A stretch of DNA of 64,000 nucleotides from a virus: IMG/VR virus record IMGVR_UViG_3300026183_000827; one strand, given 5' to 3'. The position numbers were made by a program, and so were the translations under genes. Positions 1 to 10,916 of this stretch are shown here, piece after piece. The stretch's first letter is position 1; the number at the start of each line of letters is the position of its first letter. The notes under the pieces were generated by a model that was given only the letters and a program-made list of their open reading frames with translations, was not told where the DNA came from and searched no databases.

Positions 1-1
1 T

Positions 2-517
2 GGACTGTGGTTATACACAGAAGAGGAAAGCCAACAATTGAAATACAAGCAGGACTTGAGTTTATACCGCTTAGGCAATCAGGACGATTTGGTTATCCCG
101 CCCAATGGTTATCAAATGACACAAGGTTTCCACACTTTCGACCATCCTGTGCGTTTAGATAGTTTTCAACCGCACGGACATCTGCGTATGAACGCAGCAA
201 GTTTAGAGATTTTTTATCCTGAAACTGGTAGAACAGAACCAGTAAGTCAAATCTCTAATTGGAGCGCAACCTGGCATCACAGTCATTTGTATGCTCCTGA
301 TGTAGCACCACTAATACCTGCGGGCGCAGTTATTATTCTCAAGCAATGGTATGACAACACTGCTGACAACAAAAACAATCCTGATCCCGATATGTGGGTA
401 ATGGGTGGTTCACGCACAGGCGATGAGATGACTCACGCTTGGCTTGCTATTACTCATTTAGATGAAGAAGGATACAACAAACTATTAGAGCAACGTAACA
501 TCACAGGAGATGATTAA
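2..517 (+). CDS. Copper type II (PHM/DBH-like) monooxygenase, C-terminal part (5' end lies outside the window)
   Basis: Frame is open from position 2. It has the CuM-type motif QPHGHLR and the C-terminal GDEM, and is paralogous to the C-terminal half of 878..2119. Confidence 0.75.
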   Translation, partial: GLWLYTEEESQQLKYKQDLSLYRLGNQDDLVIPPNGYQMTQGFHTFDHPVRLDSFQPHGHLRMNAASLEIFYPETGRTEPVSQISNWSATWHHSHLYAPDVAPLIPAGAVIILKQWYDNTADNKNNPDPDMWVMGGSRTGDEMTHAWLAITHLDEEGYNKLLEQRNITGDD

Positions 518-885
518 TGCCTACAGTAAAACAAGCAAGACAAGGTTTATGGGGAAGTGCAATAATATTTGTAGCACTTTTAATATTCCAATTGGTAGTA
601 TTATTAGGAGCAAGAACTCTATATGCACAAGAAGTGGATTTTAGTTCAGTAAAAGCAAAATGGAATACGTGTGCCGCTTGTCACGGTAACAAAGCACAAG
701 GCAAGCCAGGCTTTCCTGGTCTAAGTTTTCTTGAAGAAGATCATATTGTTGAAGCACTACAAGATTACAAAGCAGGAGTGTATCGTGGAGATATGAGCGG
801 TATTATGTTTGGACAAGCAGCAACACTAAGCGATGAAGAAATTATTTTGATGGCGAAATACATCAAGGAGATATCTAATGATTAA
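517..885 (+). CDS. Class I cytochrome c (c553/c4-like), exported or membrane-anchored
   Basis: Hydrophobic N-terminus, heme motif CAACH, candidate distal Met (GIM) and LSDEEI helix. Confidence 0.85.
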   Translation: MPTVKQARQGLWGSAIIFVALLIFQLVVLLGARTLYAQEVDFSSVKAKWNTCAACHGNKAQGKPGFPGLSFLEEDHIVEALQDYKAGVYRGDMSGIMFGQAATLSDEEIILMAKYIKEISND

Positions 886-2119
886 AATTTTACACACAAG
901 TTTTGTGGTGCTGTTGACAAGTGTACTAGGACTAGTAGCATTAGCAGCACGAGCACAAGACGTAGACTATGTACGTGATGTTGCACCTATTCTAATAGAG
1001 CAGTGTCAAATGTGCCACAGAGAAAATGGCATAGCACCGTGGGCAATGAGCAACTATCAAGTAGTACAGGCATTTGCTCCTGCAATCAAAGAAGCTATTG
1101 TATCAAAACGTATGCCACCTGGACAAATCAATCCCAAGTATAGAGACACTATCATCAATCACAGAACATTAAGTGATGATGAAATGAAAACTCTTGTAGA
1201 TTGGGTTGATGCAGGCGCACCAGTTGAAGGTGTAATAGATCCTTTAACACAAACAGTATACCCTGATTCAGAATGGGTACACGGTGAACCTGATATGATT
1301 GTTGAAGTACCTGCACAAGAAATACCTGCAGGGCCATCAGCAATACCATATCGTTATGTAGGAGTTGACCTAGGACTCACAGAAGATCGTTGGTTACGTG
1401 GTTCAGAGTTTTTACCTTCAGAACCTACTGTTATGCACCATATGTTAAACTCAGTGTCAGTGCCTGGTGAACGTAATATGAACTTGTTGGGTACACAAGG
1501 AGGCGAACAACAGAATATGGATTATGCTAGTATTAGTGCTTATGTTCCTGGCGGCGACCCTGACTACTATGATGAAAACACTGGCGGATTATTACGTGCA
1601 GGATCACAAGTAAACTTACAACTACATTACACACCAGACGGTACAGCACGTACTGACAAAGCACGAATTGGACTATACTTCCACGACGAAGGTGTAGTGC
1701 CAGAAGAAAGAATGGCAGGCGACTGTGCTTGTATATTCCCTAACACGTGGACACCTATTCCGCCATACGATCCTAACTTCAAACAAGAAGCTGATGTTGT
1801 ACTAAAGAATGATGTAATGTTGCATACATTTTTACCGCATATGCATTTCCGCGGTAAAGCAATGAGAGCAACAGCATATTATCCAGACGGTGAAGTAGAA
1901 GAACTTATTGATATTCCACGTTATGAATATGCTTGGCAACTTTCGTACACTTGGCGTGAACCTAAGTTTCTACCACAAGGTACGAGGTTACACGTAGAAG
2001 GATGGTTTGATAACTCAGCGGACAATCCAATGAATCCTGACCCAAGCAGAGAAGTACCTTGGGGACAGATGAGCGAGGATGAAATGTTCTTTGGAGCATT
2101 TACTTGGAAAAACCTATAA
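878..2119 (+). CDS. Secreted cytochrome c / copper type II (PHM-like) monooxygenase fusion
   Basis: Signal peptide ending ARA-Q; CQMCH heme motif plus MPP; CuH ligands HH (VMHHM) and LHY; CuM ligands PHMH and DEM. Confidence 0.8.
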   Translation: MIKILHTSFVVLLTSVLGLVALAARAQDVDYVRDVAPILIEQCQMCHRENGIAPWAMSNYQVVQAFAPAIKEAIVSKRMPPGQINPKYRDTIINHRTLSDDEMKTLVDWVDAGAPVEGVIDPLTQTVYPDSEWVHGEPDMIVEVPAQEIPAGPSAIPYRYVGVDLGLTEDRWLRGSEFLPSEPTVMHHMLNSVSVPGERNMNLLGTQGGEQQNMDYASISAYVPGGDPDYYDENTGGLLRAGSQVNLQLHYTPDGTARTDKARIGLYFHDEGVVPEERMAGDCACIFPNTWTPIPPYDPNFKQEADVVLKNDVMLHTFLPHMHFRGKAMRATAYYPDGEVEELIDIPRYEYAWQLSYTWREPKFLPQGTRLHVEGWFDNSADNPMNPDPSREVPWGQMSEDEMFFGAFTWKNL

Positions 2120-2401
2120 TTTACTTATAGGTATATCTGAACTGGCGTGGAGATTCCAAACTTGTTTGCGTTCCACGCCTTTCTTTTGAGCAAACACTTT
2201 AGCATCACAGTTTGAACATACGTGAAAATAGTTGTTGTTTAGACGCTTAGGATCCATGCTGCCTCTTGCACGTTCAAACTCTTCATCACAACTGTCGCAA
2301 CGAAACACACACATAGTCAATTCACGCTTGTAGGTGTGTTCTTTGCCCGTTTTACTAGTTCTAACGTGCCGCGTTTGTTTTTTATATTCTTTTATGAACA
2401 T
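2114..2401 (-). CDS. Small Zn-ribbon-like protein
   Basis: Two CxxC pairs (CDSC, CSNC); a TAAATA motif lies 5 nt before the ATG. Confidence 0.65.
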   Translation of the reverse strand: MFIKEYKKQTRHVRTSKTGKEHTYKRELTMCVFRCDSCDEEFERARGSMDPKRLNNNYFHVCSNCDAKVFAQKKGVERKQVWNLHASSDIPISKL

Positions 2402-2406
2402 AATTA

Positions 2407-2412
2407 TATTTA
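2407..2412 (-). promoter_or_regulatory. Late-type promoter (TAAATA) for the reverse gene, probably leaderless
   Basis: The minus strand reads GTAAATA-TAATT-ATG. Confidence 0.5.
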
Positions 2413-2434
2413 CATTAAGATTATAAAATTATAT

Positions 2435-2442
2435 CATAAATA
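2435..2442 (+). promoter_or_regulatory. T4-like late promoter CATAAATA
   Basis: Intergenic, upstream of the AAGGA RBS of iscA and the structural operon. Confidence 0.6.
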
Positions 2443-2462
2443 GTATTAAGAAAGGAAAAAAC

Positions 2463-2822
2463 ATGAGTATCTGTACACTTACTGATGCTGCAAAAGCACA
2501 AATTGATTTACTATGTGAGGAAAATTCGTGTTATGCAATTAGTTTAAACATCAAAGGCGGAGGTTGTGCAGGTTTTGAGTATGAATGGGGAATGATGCAG
2601 TCCCCTGAAGAGCTTGAAGAAGGCGACGAAGTTATTAAAACTGACAACAATTGCAGTTTTGTAATAGGCAAACACTCACTTATGTTTTTGATAGGAACAA
2701 CAGTTGACTATACACGCAGTTTAGTAGGTTCAACTTTTGAAATAAAAAATCCTAATGCCCAATCGTCGTGCGGTTGTGGTGTTAGTGTAAACTTTGATAT
2801 GGATAGTATTCCACAAATTTAA
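2463..2822 (+). CDS. iscA: Fe-S cluster A-type carrier (IscA/SufA/HesB)
   Basis: GGGCAGF and NPNAQSSCGCG motifs. Confidence 0.92.
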   Translation: MSICTLTDAAKAQIDLLCEENSCYAISLNIKGGGCAGFEYEWGMMQSPEELEEGDEVIKTDNNCSFVIGKHSLMFLIGTTVDYTRSLVGSTFEIKNPNAQSSCGCGVSVNFDMDSIPQI

Positions 2823-2835
2823 CGGAGCAAATTAA

Positions 2836-5800
2836 ATGGCAAGACAACAGGTTGATATTGGCGTAGAAGGTAATGACGGCACAGGCGATAGTATTCGCGA
2901 ATCGTTTCGTAAAGTAAATGAAAACTTCCAAGAACTATACGCTGTATTTGGTATAGGTGGACAAATATCGTTTACAGACCTAAGTGATACTCCTAACAAT
3001 TATGAAGGCAATGAAAATAAAATTCCTGTTGTACGTTCAGACGGCAGTGGACTAAACTTATTAGAATTTGCTTCTGATAATGCTTTAGACGGATCTAACG
3101 ATACTATCGGATTTGATTTTTCGATTGACGGAAAATTAATTGTAAAACAATTAGTATCTAAACTGTCAAATGACCCAGAACCTACTCTAAGTGGACCTTT
3201 AGATGCAGCAACTCAACCTATTGCAAACGTTACTGTTTCCCAAGACGCAATTAACCTTTTTAACGATGTACACGGAACAAATTTAGATATTGGTGCATTA
3301 GTAATTAATAAAAACTATGCTGACAGAAACTATCAAGAAAAGGCAGTTGCAGGCGGTGGCTTAAGAGTTGGTGACGAACCTGCTAGTACTGATATCTATA
3401 CAATAACAGCTGACGGACTTACAGCAGGTTATTTTAGAGCAAATAGTCATGGACTATCAGAAGCTTACACAGGTGCTCCTTTTATTTTTAACAGCACAGG
3501 AGACGATCCTTTTGGTGTTGTGACCGGAACAACATATTATATAGGTATTGCTAATGATAACGATATAGGGTTATTTGCTACAGAAGATGACGCTATTGCT
3601 GGTAATAATAGAATATTATTAAGTGGCGGTTCAGGAGTATTTACTTTACTCGATGCTGCTTATGACGATAGTTTAGAAGGTAATTGGTTATCTAATGTAG
3701 CGTTACCGCGTAAGAGTATTGTTCGTCGTCAAGGCGATACAATGACAGGACCGTTAAATTTATATGATCATCCTGGCGAATTAATTGGTACAGGTTTACC
3801 ATTTGGTCCAGATGACCTGCAGGCAGCAACAAAACTTTATGTTGATAATGCCGCAGCATCTAGTAAAGTTAACATTTATGTTAGTGCTGCATCAGGAGAC
3901 GACAGACAAACTTATACTCCAGTAGGAAAAGAAGGCAGAAATCCTGCGTATGCATATAAAACAATAAATGCTGCTGCACAAAAAGCAGAAGAAATAATGT
4001 TGTCTGCTCCAAAAGAACCAGGTCCTTATATGCAGACTATGACATATAATACTGGCGAAAATGAAGGATCTATTGTTACTGCAGGTATAACAAGTCCTAT
4101 TTCGGGAAGATCAAATGCAAGAACTCTTATAGTTGAAAATAAAGAGTTTGTTGCAAAAGAAGTCACAGGTTATATAGATGCACTATACCCTTCTTTTGCA
4201 GATAATTATGACAAAGAAATATGTCAGCGAGATGTACAATTAATACTAGATAGTGTTAGTCTTGATGCATTGCTAGGAAATAACGCTAACTATCTATCCC
4301 GCTATGCAGGTTTAAGATATTATTCAAATGTAAGCGCACAAAAAGCAATCGGTTCACAAAAAGCATACACTGTTGCTGGCATAGAATATGCTAAAGTACT
4401 AGTTAGAGATTATATTCTCACTAACACTGCTGTTCCAACAACTTATCAAGATAGAGTAGAACAATTTATAGATGTTGCTGTTATACCTGACAGTTTAGCA
4501 GACGAATCTATTGCAGCTAAGTTTGATATTATTTTAGAAGTTATTGAAAACGGCGTACTAGATGCTCCTCAAATTGTTGACGGCACTACAAATTACAAAA
4601 TTAACATCAGTAACGGTAACTTTGGATTTATAGATCAAGCTAATCCAGGAAATACAGATATTATTCCAGGTAAAGTAGTACGAGGTAAAAATTCAGGTGC
4701 TATTGGTAGAATAATCGACTATAAGTATGAAGCAGGAACAAGACCGGTTAGTGTAATTGAGACTGACGAAATTGAAATACAACTGCTGAAACCTATTGAA
4801 TTTGAAGAAGGCGAGCCTTTAGAATATGGTAATATTGTCAATGAAACTCAAGTCACTATTAGAGTTGAATCTGGTATATACGAAGAAGATTTTCCCATAC
4901 GTGTTCCGCCAAACGTTTCTATCAAAGGTGACGAATTTAGAAGAACTATAATACGTCCAAAAGACCGCATATCGCAATCACGATATGCAAGTCTTTTCTT
5001 TTATAGAGATGCAGTATTTGATGGTCTTGTATTAGGTAAATCAAGTATTGAAACTATAGACTTTACTGCTAGTGCAGATGCACTAAGACCAGCAGGTACT
5101 TACACTGTAACCGATGTAGACTATTCTACAAACAAATTAGGCAGCGATGCAATATTTGAAATTACAGTAGATGGAACAGGGGCTGTTACAGATGTAACAG
5201 TAACTAATGCTGGTAAAGATTTTCAAGCAAATGAAATTGTTTCAGTACAAGATGCTGCTTTAGGTAACAATGGCGCAGCAGCATACAGCTTTACAGTAGT
5301 AACAGTTCCAAATGGTGTACAATATACTAATCCTATTTCAGACGAAGTAGACGGTTATTTTGGTAATCATTATCTATTAAAGCCTAATAAACTTAAAAAC
5401 GTAGGTGCTGGTTACGAAAACGTTGGCGATTGGGAAACGGCAGCACTAGCGTTAATTGACAACAGAGAGTTTATTCAAGAACAAGTTGTAAACTACATAG
5501 AAACAACCTATCCGGCACTAATCGGCTTATATTCAAGAACAAAATGTTCTAGAGACACAGGCTTAATTGTAGATGCTTTAGTGAATGACTTGCGTAATGG
5601 TGGCAACGAATTTTCTTTAGAAGCACAAGGTGAGTATTATGTAGGTGCATTACCGGTAGATGGAAGCCAAACAGAAGAAACAATAGATGGCATCCGTCAT
5701 ATATTTACCCTTGCAGACGATATTATTAGAGGTGTAGAACCAACTACACTATATGGCCCGAGTGGATCAGCGCCAAATCCTGGTGTTAACTTAGATTATG

Positions 5801-8800
5801 CATATGATGGATTTAACGGCGACGGCGATCCAGCAGAATGGACTGCTTCTACACTATATAGATTAGGTAACGTAGTAAAATATTTTATTGGAGGTGAAGA
5901 TCGTTATTATACTCCAACAACAGAACACACATCGGGTAATACATTTAATGCAGTTGAAATAGCTAATTTTTGGAGACAAATAGACGGACCACAAAATGTT
6001 GTATATAACTTGATTGAAACAGTTGTATTTGCATTTAATGATGATTATAATCCGCCATTAAGAAACACAGAAATGGATGTGTTCCTAATGAATGATGCTA
6101 CTATTCTACGTAACATTACTGGACAAGGACACGGCGGTTTCCAGATGGTACTTGATCCTGAAGGGCAAGTACTTACTAAATCACCTTATTGTCAAACTGG
6201 TACAGGTTTTGCCGCAAGTATTAACAAACAAGCATTCCGAGGAGGATTATTTGTTGATGCATTCGTAGGTAACTCAGCAGTTCAAGTTGTTGAAAGAGTA
6301 GACGGTGATGCATTTAGATTAAGCATACAGAGTTTAGGTAGTGCATTAGAACCACAAGGATTATTTGTTAGAAGACCAGAAACTCCAAGTGTATTTTATA
6401 TTGATGGTAGACGCTTCCAGATTAACGCAGTCACACAGTACGATAAAGAACTAGGAACAGCAGAACTAATATTGTCACCGGGCTCAAATGACGGTCAAGG
6501 ATTTGCAGGACTAACTAGTGAATTATCTACAGGAGTAGATCTCGACGATTTAAGTTCGCCTATTCCAATTACATTGCAAACAGCTGGTAACAGAAGTATG
6601 CTAGGTAACGACTTTACTCAAATTAATGATAAAGGTTATGGTCTAGTTTGTGTAAACGGTGCGCTATCAGAAATGGTTAGTATGTTTACGTACTATTGTT
6701 GGACCAGTTACTATGCTAAAAATGGATCAGAGATTAGATCGCTAACAGGCTCAAGCTGTTATGGTGAATACGGTCTAGTTGCTGAAGGATCAGATCCAAA
6801 CGAAATTCCAGACAGTATTGCACTTGCACAAGACATGGTTGAAAGTGCAAAAACATTTAGTGCTAACGTAATTTTAGAACTTGCAGGTCCGATTATACTA
6901 GAAGAAGGCGAAATAATAACACAAAACATAACAAATGCTACAGGTACTGTATCTAAAGATACGAGTCAACTAGGAGATAGCGTAGCTGTTCCTATCGGAG
7001 AATCAGTAATATATTTAAAAGATACTTCAGGTGCTTTTGATACAACAAACGAACTAGTAGTTACTGGCCCAATTACAGGAGATTCTACTGCAATAGCATT
7101 AGGCTCGGATAGCATACCTATAAGAGTAGATAGCACAGGTTATGCTAACGAAAAATTAAATCTATTCTTATATGCTTATGACTTTAAAGAACTTCCTAGC
7201 AATAGATCAGAATTTGATATATATCACCCTGATCGTCCTGCTTTTGCACGTTATGAAGTTGCAAATGTTGCACCAACAGCCGCTCATATAGGAAGAATAA
7301 GATATTTAGGCGGTGATATTCCATTTAAGAACGAAGTTTTAGATAACGGTTTAGCAGCAGGTGTTACATTTACTTTATACAAAACTATTAGAGATGGTTA
7401 CAGTATAGAGATAAACAATCCTGGCAGTAATTATACAGTTGGCGACACTATGGAAGTTGACGGATTGTATTTAGGCGGCGGCACAATTGAAAATGATGCA
7501 TTTATTACAATTACTGAAGTTGATGGCGGATCTGTAACAGGCGCAACAATAACAGGATCTCCGTTTGTAGATTCTAATAGCCCAATGTATAGTGGTAAAG
7601 TTTACAAACTAAATTTCTCAACTAGTGACTCACAGTTTAGTACAGATGGGTTATTAGAGGATGTAGGATTTGGTGATAGAATTAACTATAGAAGAAACCA
7701 AACTCATACTATTTCAGACTTTGCAAGACCAGATATTCTTACAATTCGTCCAAGTACTGCTGTTATCTTTAACGAAAATCCAGACTTTGTTTATAGAAGT
7801 ATTAGTTTCTTAACATCAGATAGTCTAGGCAATGAATTAGAAAATGATCAATTACAATCAGGTTTTGATAGTTCATATGATTATATTAGATTGATTATAG
7901 ATAGTGCAAAAGCCCAAGAAATTCCTTTAGCAGGATTAGGAACAACCAAAGGCGGCACAATTGGAGACAGAGTTCTTGCAGTACAACCAACACTAGATGA
8001 TAATGAAATTTCTAGATTGAATAATAATGCTAGAACTCCTGAAGCTAATAGACCGATTGGTTGGACAGTGGAAAACTTACAAGAAGCTCCTATATTTACA
8101 TGGAGTGGTAAAAAGTTTTATGTGTATAATGCAAGAGGAGTAGATGGAACTAATACAGAAGTTCCGTTAGCCGAAGACAATGAATATGTAATTGTCGACA
8201 TTGAAGTAATCGACAGTATTAATTTAGAAGATTATTCTAATCCAGGCGGATTAGAAGAGGGGTTAGGCTCTCCTGTTGTATTAGGGTCAGAAACTGTAAC
8301 AATTAGAGCAGGTCTAAAAGCTGGTGCTGAAGGAACAGTAACAGTTAATATTTCAACTTGTCGTGCTACATCACATGACTTCTTAGATGTTGGATCGGGC
8401 GGGTTTAATGAATCCAATTATCCTACAGTTATTTTTGGTGAACCAGCCTCAAAAGATCAAGCAAAAGAAGTTGACGAACGTGGTAAAGGTCGTGTGTTCT
8501 ATGTAAGTACAGACCAAAACGGTATCTTTAGAGTTGGTAGATTCTTTAGCGTTGACCAAGGTACTGGTACAGTTACATTTAGTGCGTCACTTGCACTTTC
8601 AGATGTTGATGGACTAGGTTTTAAACGTGGTGTTGTTATTACTGAATTCTCAACAGATACAGCAATGACAGATAATGCATCAGATACTGTTCCGACAGAA
8701 CTTGCTGTACGTGGTTATGTTAACAGAAGACTAGGTTACGATGTAAACGGTACTCCTGTTTCAAACAAATTAGGTCCAGGTGTACTTGCTCCTAACGGTG

Positions 8801-10770
8801 CTGTTCCAATGACAGACGATTTAAACGCAGCAGGTAACACAATTACAAACCTAAAAGCACCTAATTCTGAATCAGATGCTGCAACTAAAAAATATGTTGA
8901 TGACGGTCGTGGTTTAAGTGACGAAATTAAAGATCTAAGAAGTTTACAATATCAAAGCTTTGGTGCTAACCAATTATTAGTATCAACAGAGTATAAAAAA
9001 ATCTATGTATTATTAAGCAGCATAGTAAGTGGACCCTTTGAACGAGGAGATACAATTACAGGTAGTGTTACAGGTGCTACAGGAACAATCGTAGATGTAC
9101 AAAATGTAGAAGGATATGAAGGTGATTTAATTGAAATAACATTTACACCTCTTACCGGTACATTTAGTGACGGTAAACCGATTGGAAGTTCGCCTGATCC
9201 TGATGTACTATTAGTATCAGGAGGTGCTGAAGGTTTAGTAGTAGACGGACCTGTTGACGAATGGGTAAACGGTGTTGAAAGTCCGGCTAGTGATATAGAA
9301 CTGTTAACAAATAAAGAAGTTACTATAGACGGATTTGGAGTTGTAACAGATAGATATACAACTCTAAATTTCCAATTAAAACCAAACTCTATTGTAAATG
9401 ACGATGTAAATGGTGTAGCAAATATTTCTCAAAGTAAACTTAACTTGAATAGTGCAACTACAAGAGGAAGTGCTACAGGCATTACACAAAATGATTTAGG
9501 TGTTGTTGCATTTGATGAAAGAATATTTACAACTACTGATGGTTGGGTAAGCATAGACAACGGCCAGCTACCATTAGAAAAAATACAAAGAATAAATGAC
9601 GGTACTGTGTTAGGAAACTGGAGTGGTGATAGTTCAGATAATGACATAGATCAAATTCCATTTAGCACAGTTATTTCAGAAGGCGGTGGCCTAGGAGATG
9701 CGGACTTTATAACTGAATTAACAACACTAGATGATCCAGGCGAGGCATTAATTAAAACTGGTGAAGGTACTTATGGTATTTCGAATGTAAGTGTTTCAGG
9801 TGAAGTTAACAGCATTGTTAAAACAGATGCAGATGGCAGTATACAAGTTAACTCACTTATACTAGGTGGTAATGCAAGTTACGAAGTACTATCGCTAGAT
9901 GGTACAACTGTAATTTTCAAAACTCCTTCGCAAGGTGAAATACTAAGAGCTGCTGGCGGTTCTCCTGCTGTAGGTGCACCTGCTGATCCTGGATATGTAG
10001 CTCCTACATTTCCTGATTTAGAAATTTCAGGAAGTGTTAATATTGGTGCAACAGGTGTAGCAGAAAGTACACTACAAGGTTTGTCAAACTTTAATGGCGA
10101 AAGCAATTTAGGTGTAGATTGGATTTATTCTAGTTTTATCGAAGCACCAGGCGAAAAAGGCGCAGCATCAACAGGTATAGGTATTGGTGCTAATACTGGT
10201 AAATCACTTGTAGGTGAAATTGCAATAATTACTGCTGATAGTGCTACAAGTTCAAGTGTATCTCCGATGACATTTAGTTCGTCAGGTGCATTACCTGATA
10301 CAGATAATACCTATGATATTGGTAGTTCATCACTAAAATATGCAAACGTATATGCAACAACATTCCATGGTACTGCTACTGAAGCATATTATGCTGACTT
10401 GGCAGAAAACTACTTAGGTGATGCTGATTACGAACCAGGAACAGTGCTAGTGTTTGGTGGTGATGCAGAAGTTACTGTATGTACTGCTAAAGGACAAACA
10501 AGTGTAGCAGGTGTTGTTACAACTAACCCAGCACACTTGATGAACAGTGCATTGGAAGGTGATCACGTTGTAGGACTAGCACTACAAGGTAGAGTACCAT
10601 GTAAAGTTATTGGCACTGTAAAGAAAGGCGACATGCTGGTTACAAGTGCAGTACCAGGTTATGCAATAGTGAATAACTCCCCAGGCGTTGGAACTGTTAT
10701 CGGTAAAGCAATAAGCGAAAAAACTGATCAGGATAGAGGAATTGTTGAAGTGGTTGTAGGGAAGCACTAA
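2836..10770 (+). CDS. Very large virion structural protein (tail fibre/baseplate-associated) with C-terminal intramolecular-chaperone-like domain
   Basis: N-terminal NDGTGDSIRESFRKVNENF (T4 gp9/gp10-like), DAATKKYVD fibre motifs, C-terminal YADLAENY...ALQGRVPCKV...GDMLVTS. Confidence 0.8.
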   Translation: MARQQVDIGVEGNDGTGDSIRESFRKVNENFQELYAVFGIGGQISFTDLSDTPNNYEGNENKIPVVRSDGSGLNLLEFASDNALDGSNDTIGFDFSIDGKLIVKQLVSKLSNDPEPTLSGPLDAATQPIANVTVSQDAINLFNDVHGTNLDIGALVINKNYADRNYQEKAVAGGGLRVGDEPASTDIYTITADGLTAGYFRANSHGLSEAYTGAPFIFNSTGDDPFGVVTGTTYYIGIANDNDIGLFATEDDAIAGNNRILLSGGSGVFTLLDAAYDDSLEGNWLSNVALPRKSIVRRQGDTMTGPLNLYDHPGELIGTGLPFGPDDLQAATKLYVDNAAASSKVNIYVSAASGDDRQTYTPVGKEGRNPAYAYKTINAAAQKAEEIMLSAPKEPGPYMQTMTYNTGENEGSIVTAGITSPISGRSNARTLIVENKEFVAKEVTGYIDALYPSFADNYDKEICQRDVQLILDSVSLDALLGNNANYLSRYAGLRYYSNVSAQKAIGSQKAYTVAGIEYAKVLVRDYILTNTAVPTTYQDRVEQFIDVAVIPDSLADESIAAKFDIILEVIENGVLDAPQIVDGTTNYKINISNGNFGFIDQANPGNTDIIPGKVVRGKNSGAIGRIIDYKYEAGTRPVSVIETDEIEIQLLKPIEFEEGEPLEYGNIVNETQVTIRVESGIYEEDFPIRVPPNVSIKGDEFRRTIIRPKDRISQSRYASLFFYRDAVFDGLVLGKSSIETIDFTASADALRPAGTYTVTDVDYSTNKLGSDAIFEITVDGTGAVTDVTVTNAGKDFQANEIVSVQDAALGNNGAAAYSFTVVTVPNGVQYTNPISDEVDGYFGNHYLLKPNKLKNVGAGYENVGDWETAALALIDNREFIQEQVVNYIETTYPALIGLYSRTKCSRDTGLIVDALVNDLRNGGNEFSLEAQGEYYVGALPVDGSQTEETIDGIRHIFTLADDIIRGVEPTTLYGPSGSAPNPGVNLDYAYDGFNGDGDPAEWTASTLYRLGNVVKYFIGGEDRYYTPTTEHTSGNTFNAVEIANFWRQIDGPQNVVYNLIETVVFAFNDDYNPPLRNTEMDVFLMNDATILRNITGQGHGGFQMVLDPEGQVLTKSPYCQTGTGFAASINKQAFRGGLFVDAFVGNSAVQVVERVDGDAFRLSIQSLGSALEPQGLFVRRPETPSVFYIDGRRFQINAVTQYDKELGTAELILSPGSNDGQGFAGLTSELSTGVDLDDLSSPIPITLQTAGNRSMLGNDFTQINDKGYGLVCVNGALSEMVSMFTYYCWTSYYAKNGSEIRSLTGSSCYGEYGLVAEGSDPNEIPDSIALAQDMVESAKTFSANVILELAGPIILEEGEIITQNITNATGTVSKDTSQLGDSVAVPIGESVIYLKDTSGAFDTTNELVVTGPITGDSTAIALGSDSIPIRVDSTGYANEKLNLFLYAYDFKELPSNRSEFDIYHPDRPAFARYEVANVAPTAAHIGRIRYLGGDIPFKNEVLDNGLAAGVTFTLYKTIRDGYSIEINNPGSNYTVGDTMEVDGLYLGGGTIENDAFITITEVDGGSVTGATITGSPFVDSNSPMYSGKVYKLNFSTSDSQFSTDGLLEDVGFGDRINYRRNQTHTISDFARPDILTIRPSTAVIFNENPDFVYRSISFLTSDSLGNELENDQLQSGFDSSYDYIRLIIDSAKAQEIPLAGLGTTKGGTIGDRVLAVQPTLDDNEISRLNNNARTPEANRPIGWTVENLQEAPIFTWSGKKFYVYNARGVDGTNTEVPLAEDNEYVIVDIEVIDSINLEDYSNPGGLEEGLGSPVVLGSETVTIRAGLKAGAEGTVTVNISTCRATSHDFLDVGSGGFNESNYPTVIFGEPASKDQAKEVDERGKGRVFYVSTDQNGIFRVGRFFSVDQGTGTVTFSASLALSDVDGLGFKRGVVITEFSTDTAMTDNASDTVPTELAVRGYVNRRLGYDVNGTPVSNKLGPGVLAPNGAVPMTDDLNAAGNTITNLKAPNSESDAATKKYVDDGRGLSDEIKDLRSLQYQSFGANQLLVSTEYKKIYVLLSSIVSGPFERGDTITGSVTGATGTIVDVQNVEGYEGDLIEITFTPLTGTFSDGKPIGSSPDPDVLLVSGGAEGLVVDGPVDEWVNGVESPASDIELLTNKEVTIDGFGVVTDRYTTLNFQLKPNSIVNDDVNGVANISQSKLNLNSATTRGSATGITQNDLGVVAFDERIFTTTDGWVSIDNGQLPLEKIQRINDGTVLGNWSGDSSDNDIDQIPFSTVISEGGGLGDADFITELTTLDDPGEALIKTGEGTYGISNVSVSGEVNSIVKTDADGSIQVNSLILGGNASYEVLSLDGTTVIFKTPSQGEILRAAGGSPAVGAPADPGYVAPTFPDLEISGSVNIGATGVAESTLQGLSNFNGESNLGVDWIYSSFIEAPGEKGAASTGIGIGANTGKSLVGEIAIITADSATSSSVSPMTFSSSGALPDTDNTYDIGSSSLKYANVYATTFHGTATEAYYADLAENYLGDADYEPGTVLVFGGDAEVTVCTAKGQTSVAGVVTTNPAHLMNSALEGDHVVGLALQGRVPCKVIGTVKKGDMLVTSAVPGYAIVNNSPGVGTVIGKAISEKTDQDRGIVEVVVGKH

Positions 10771-10916
10771 TGGAAAATAAAAACATAGATAAATTGATTC
10801 AAAAAGGAGCAAAAGCTTCTGTAGACAATAAAAACCCGCAGCCAAGACGTGTTGTTGCAACTGCTGGAAAATTAAGAGTACAACTTGGAGCACCAAATGG
10901 CAAAACAAATAATTGA
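10770..10916 (+). CDS. Small basic hypothetical protein (48 aa), not in ORF track
   Basis: TAATG coupling with the upstream stop; fills the gap to the next gene (MENKNIDKLIQKG...). Confidence 0.55.
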   Translation: MENKNIDKLIQKGAKASVDNKNPQPRRVVATAGKLRVQLGAPNGKTNN

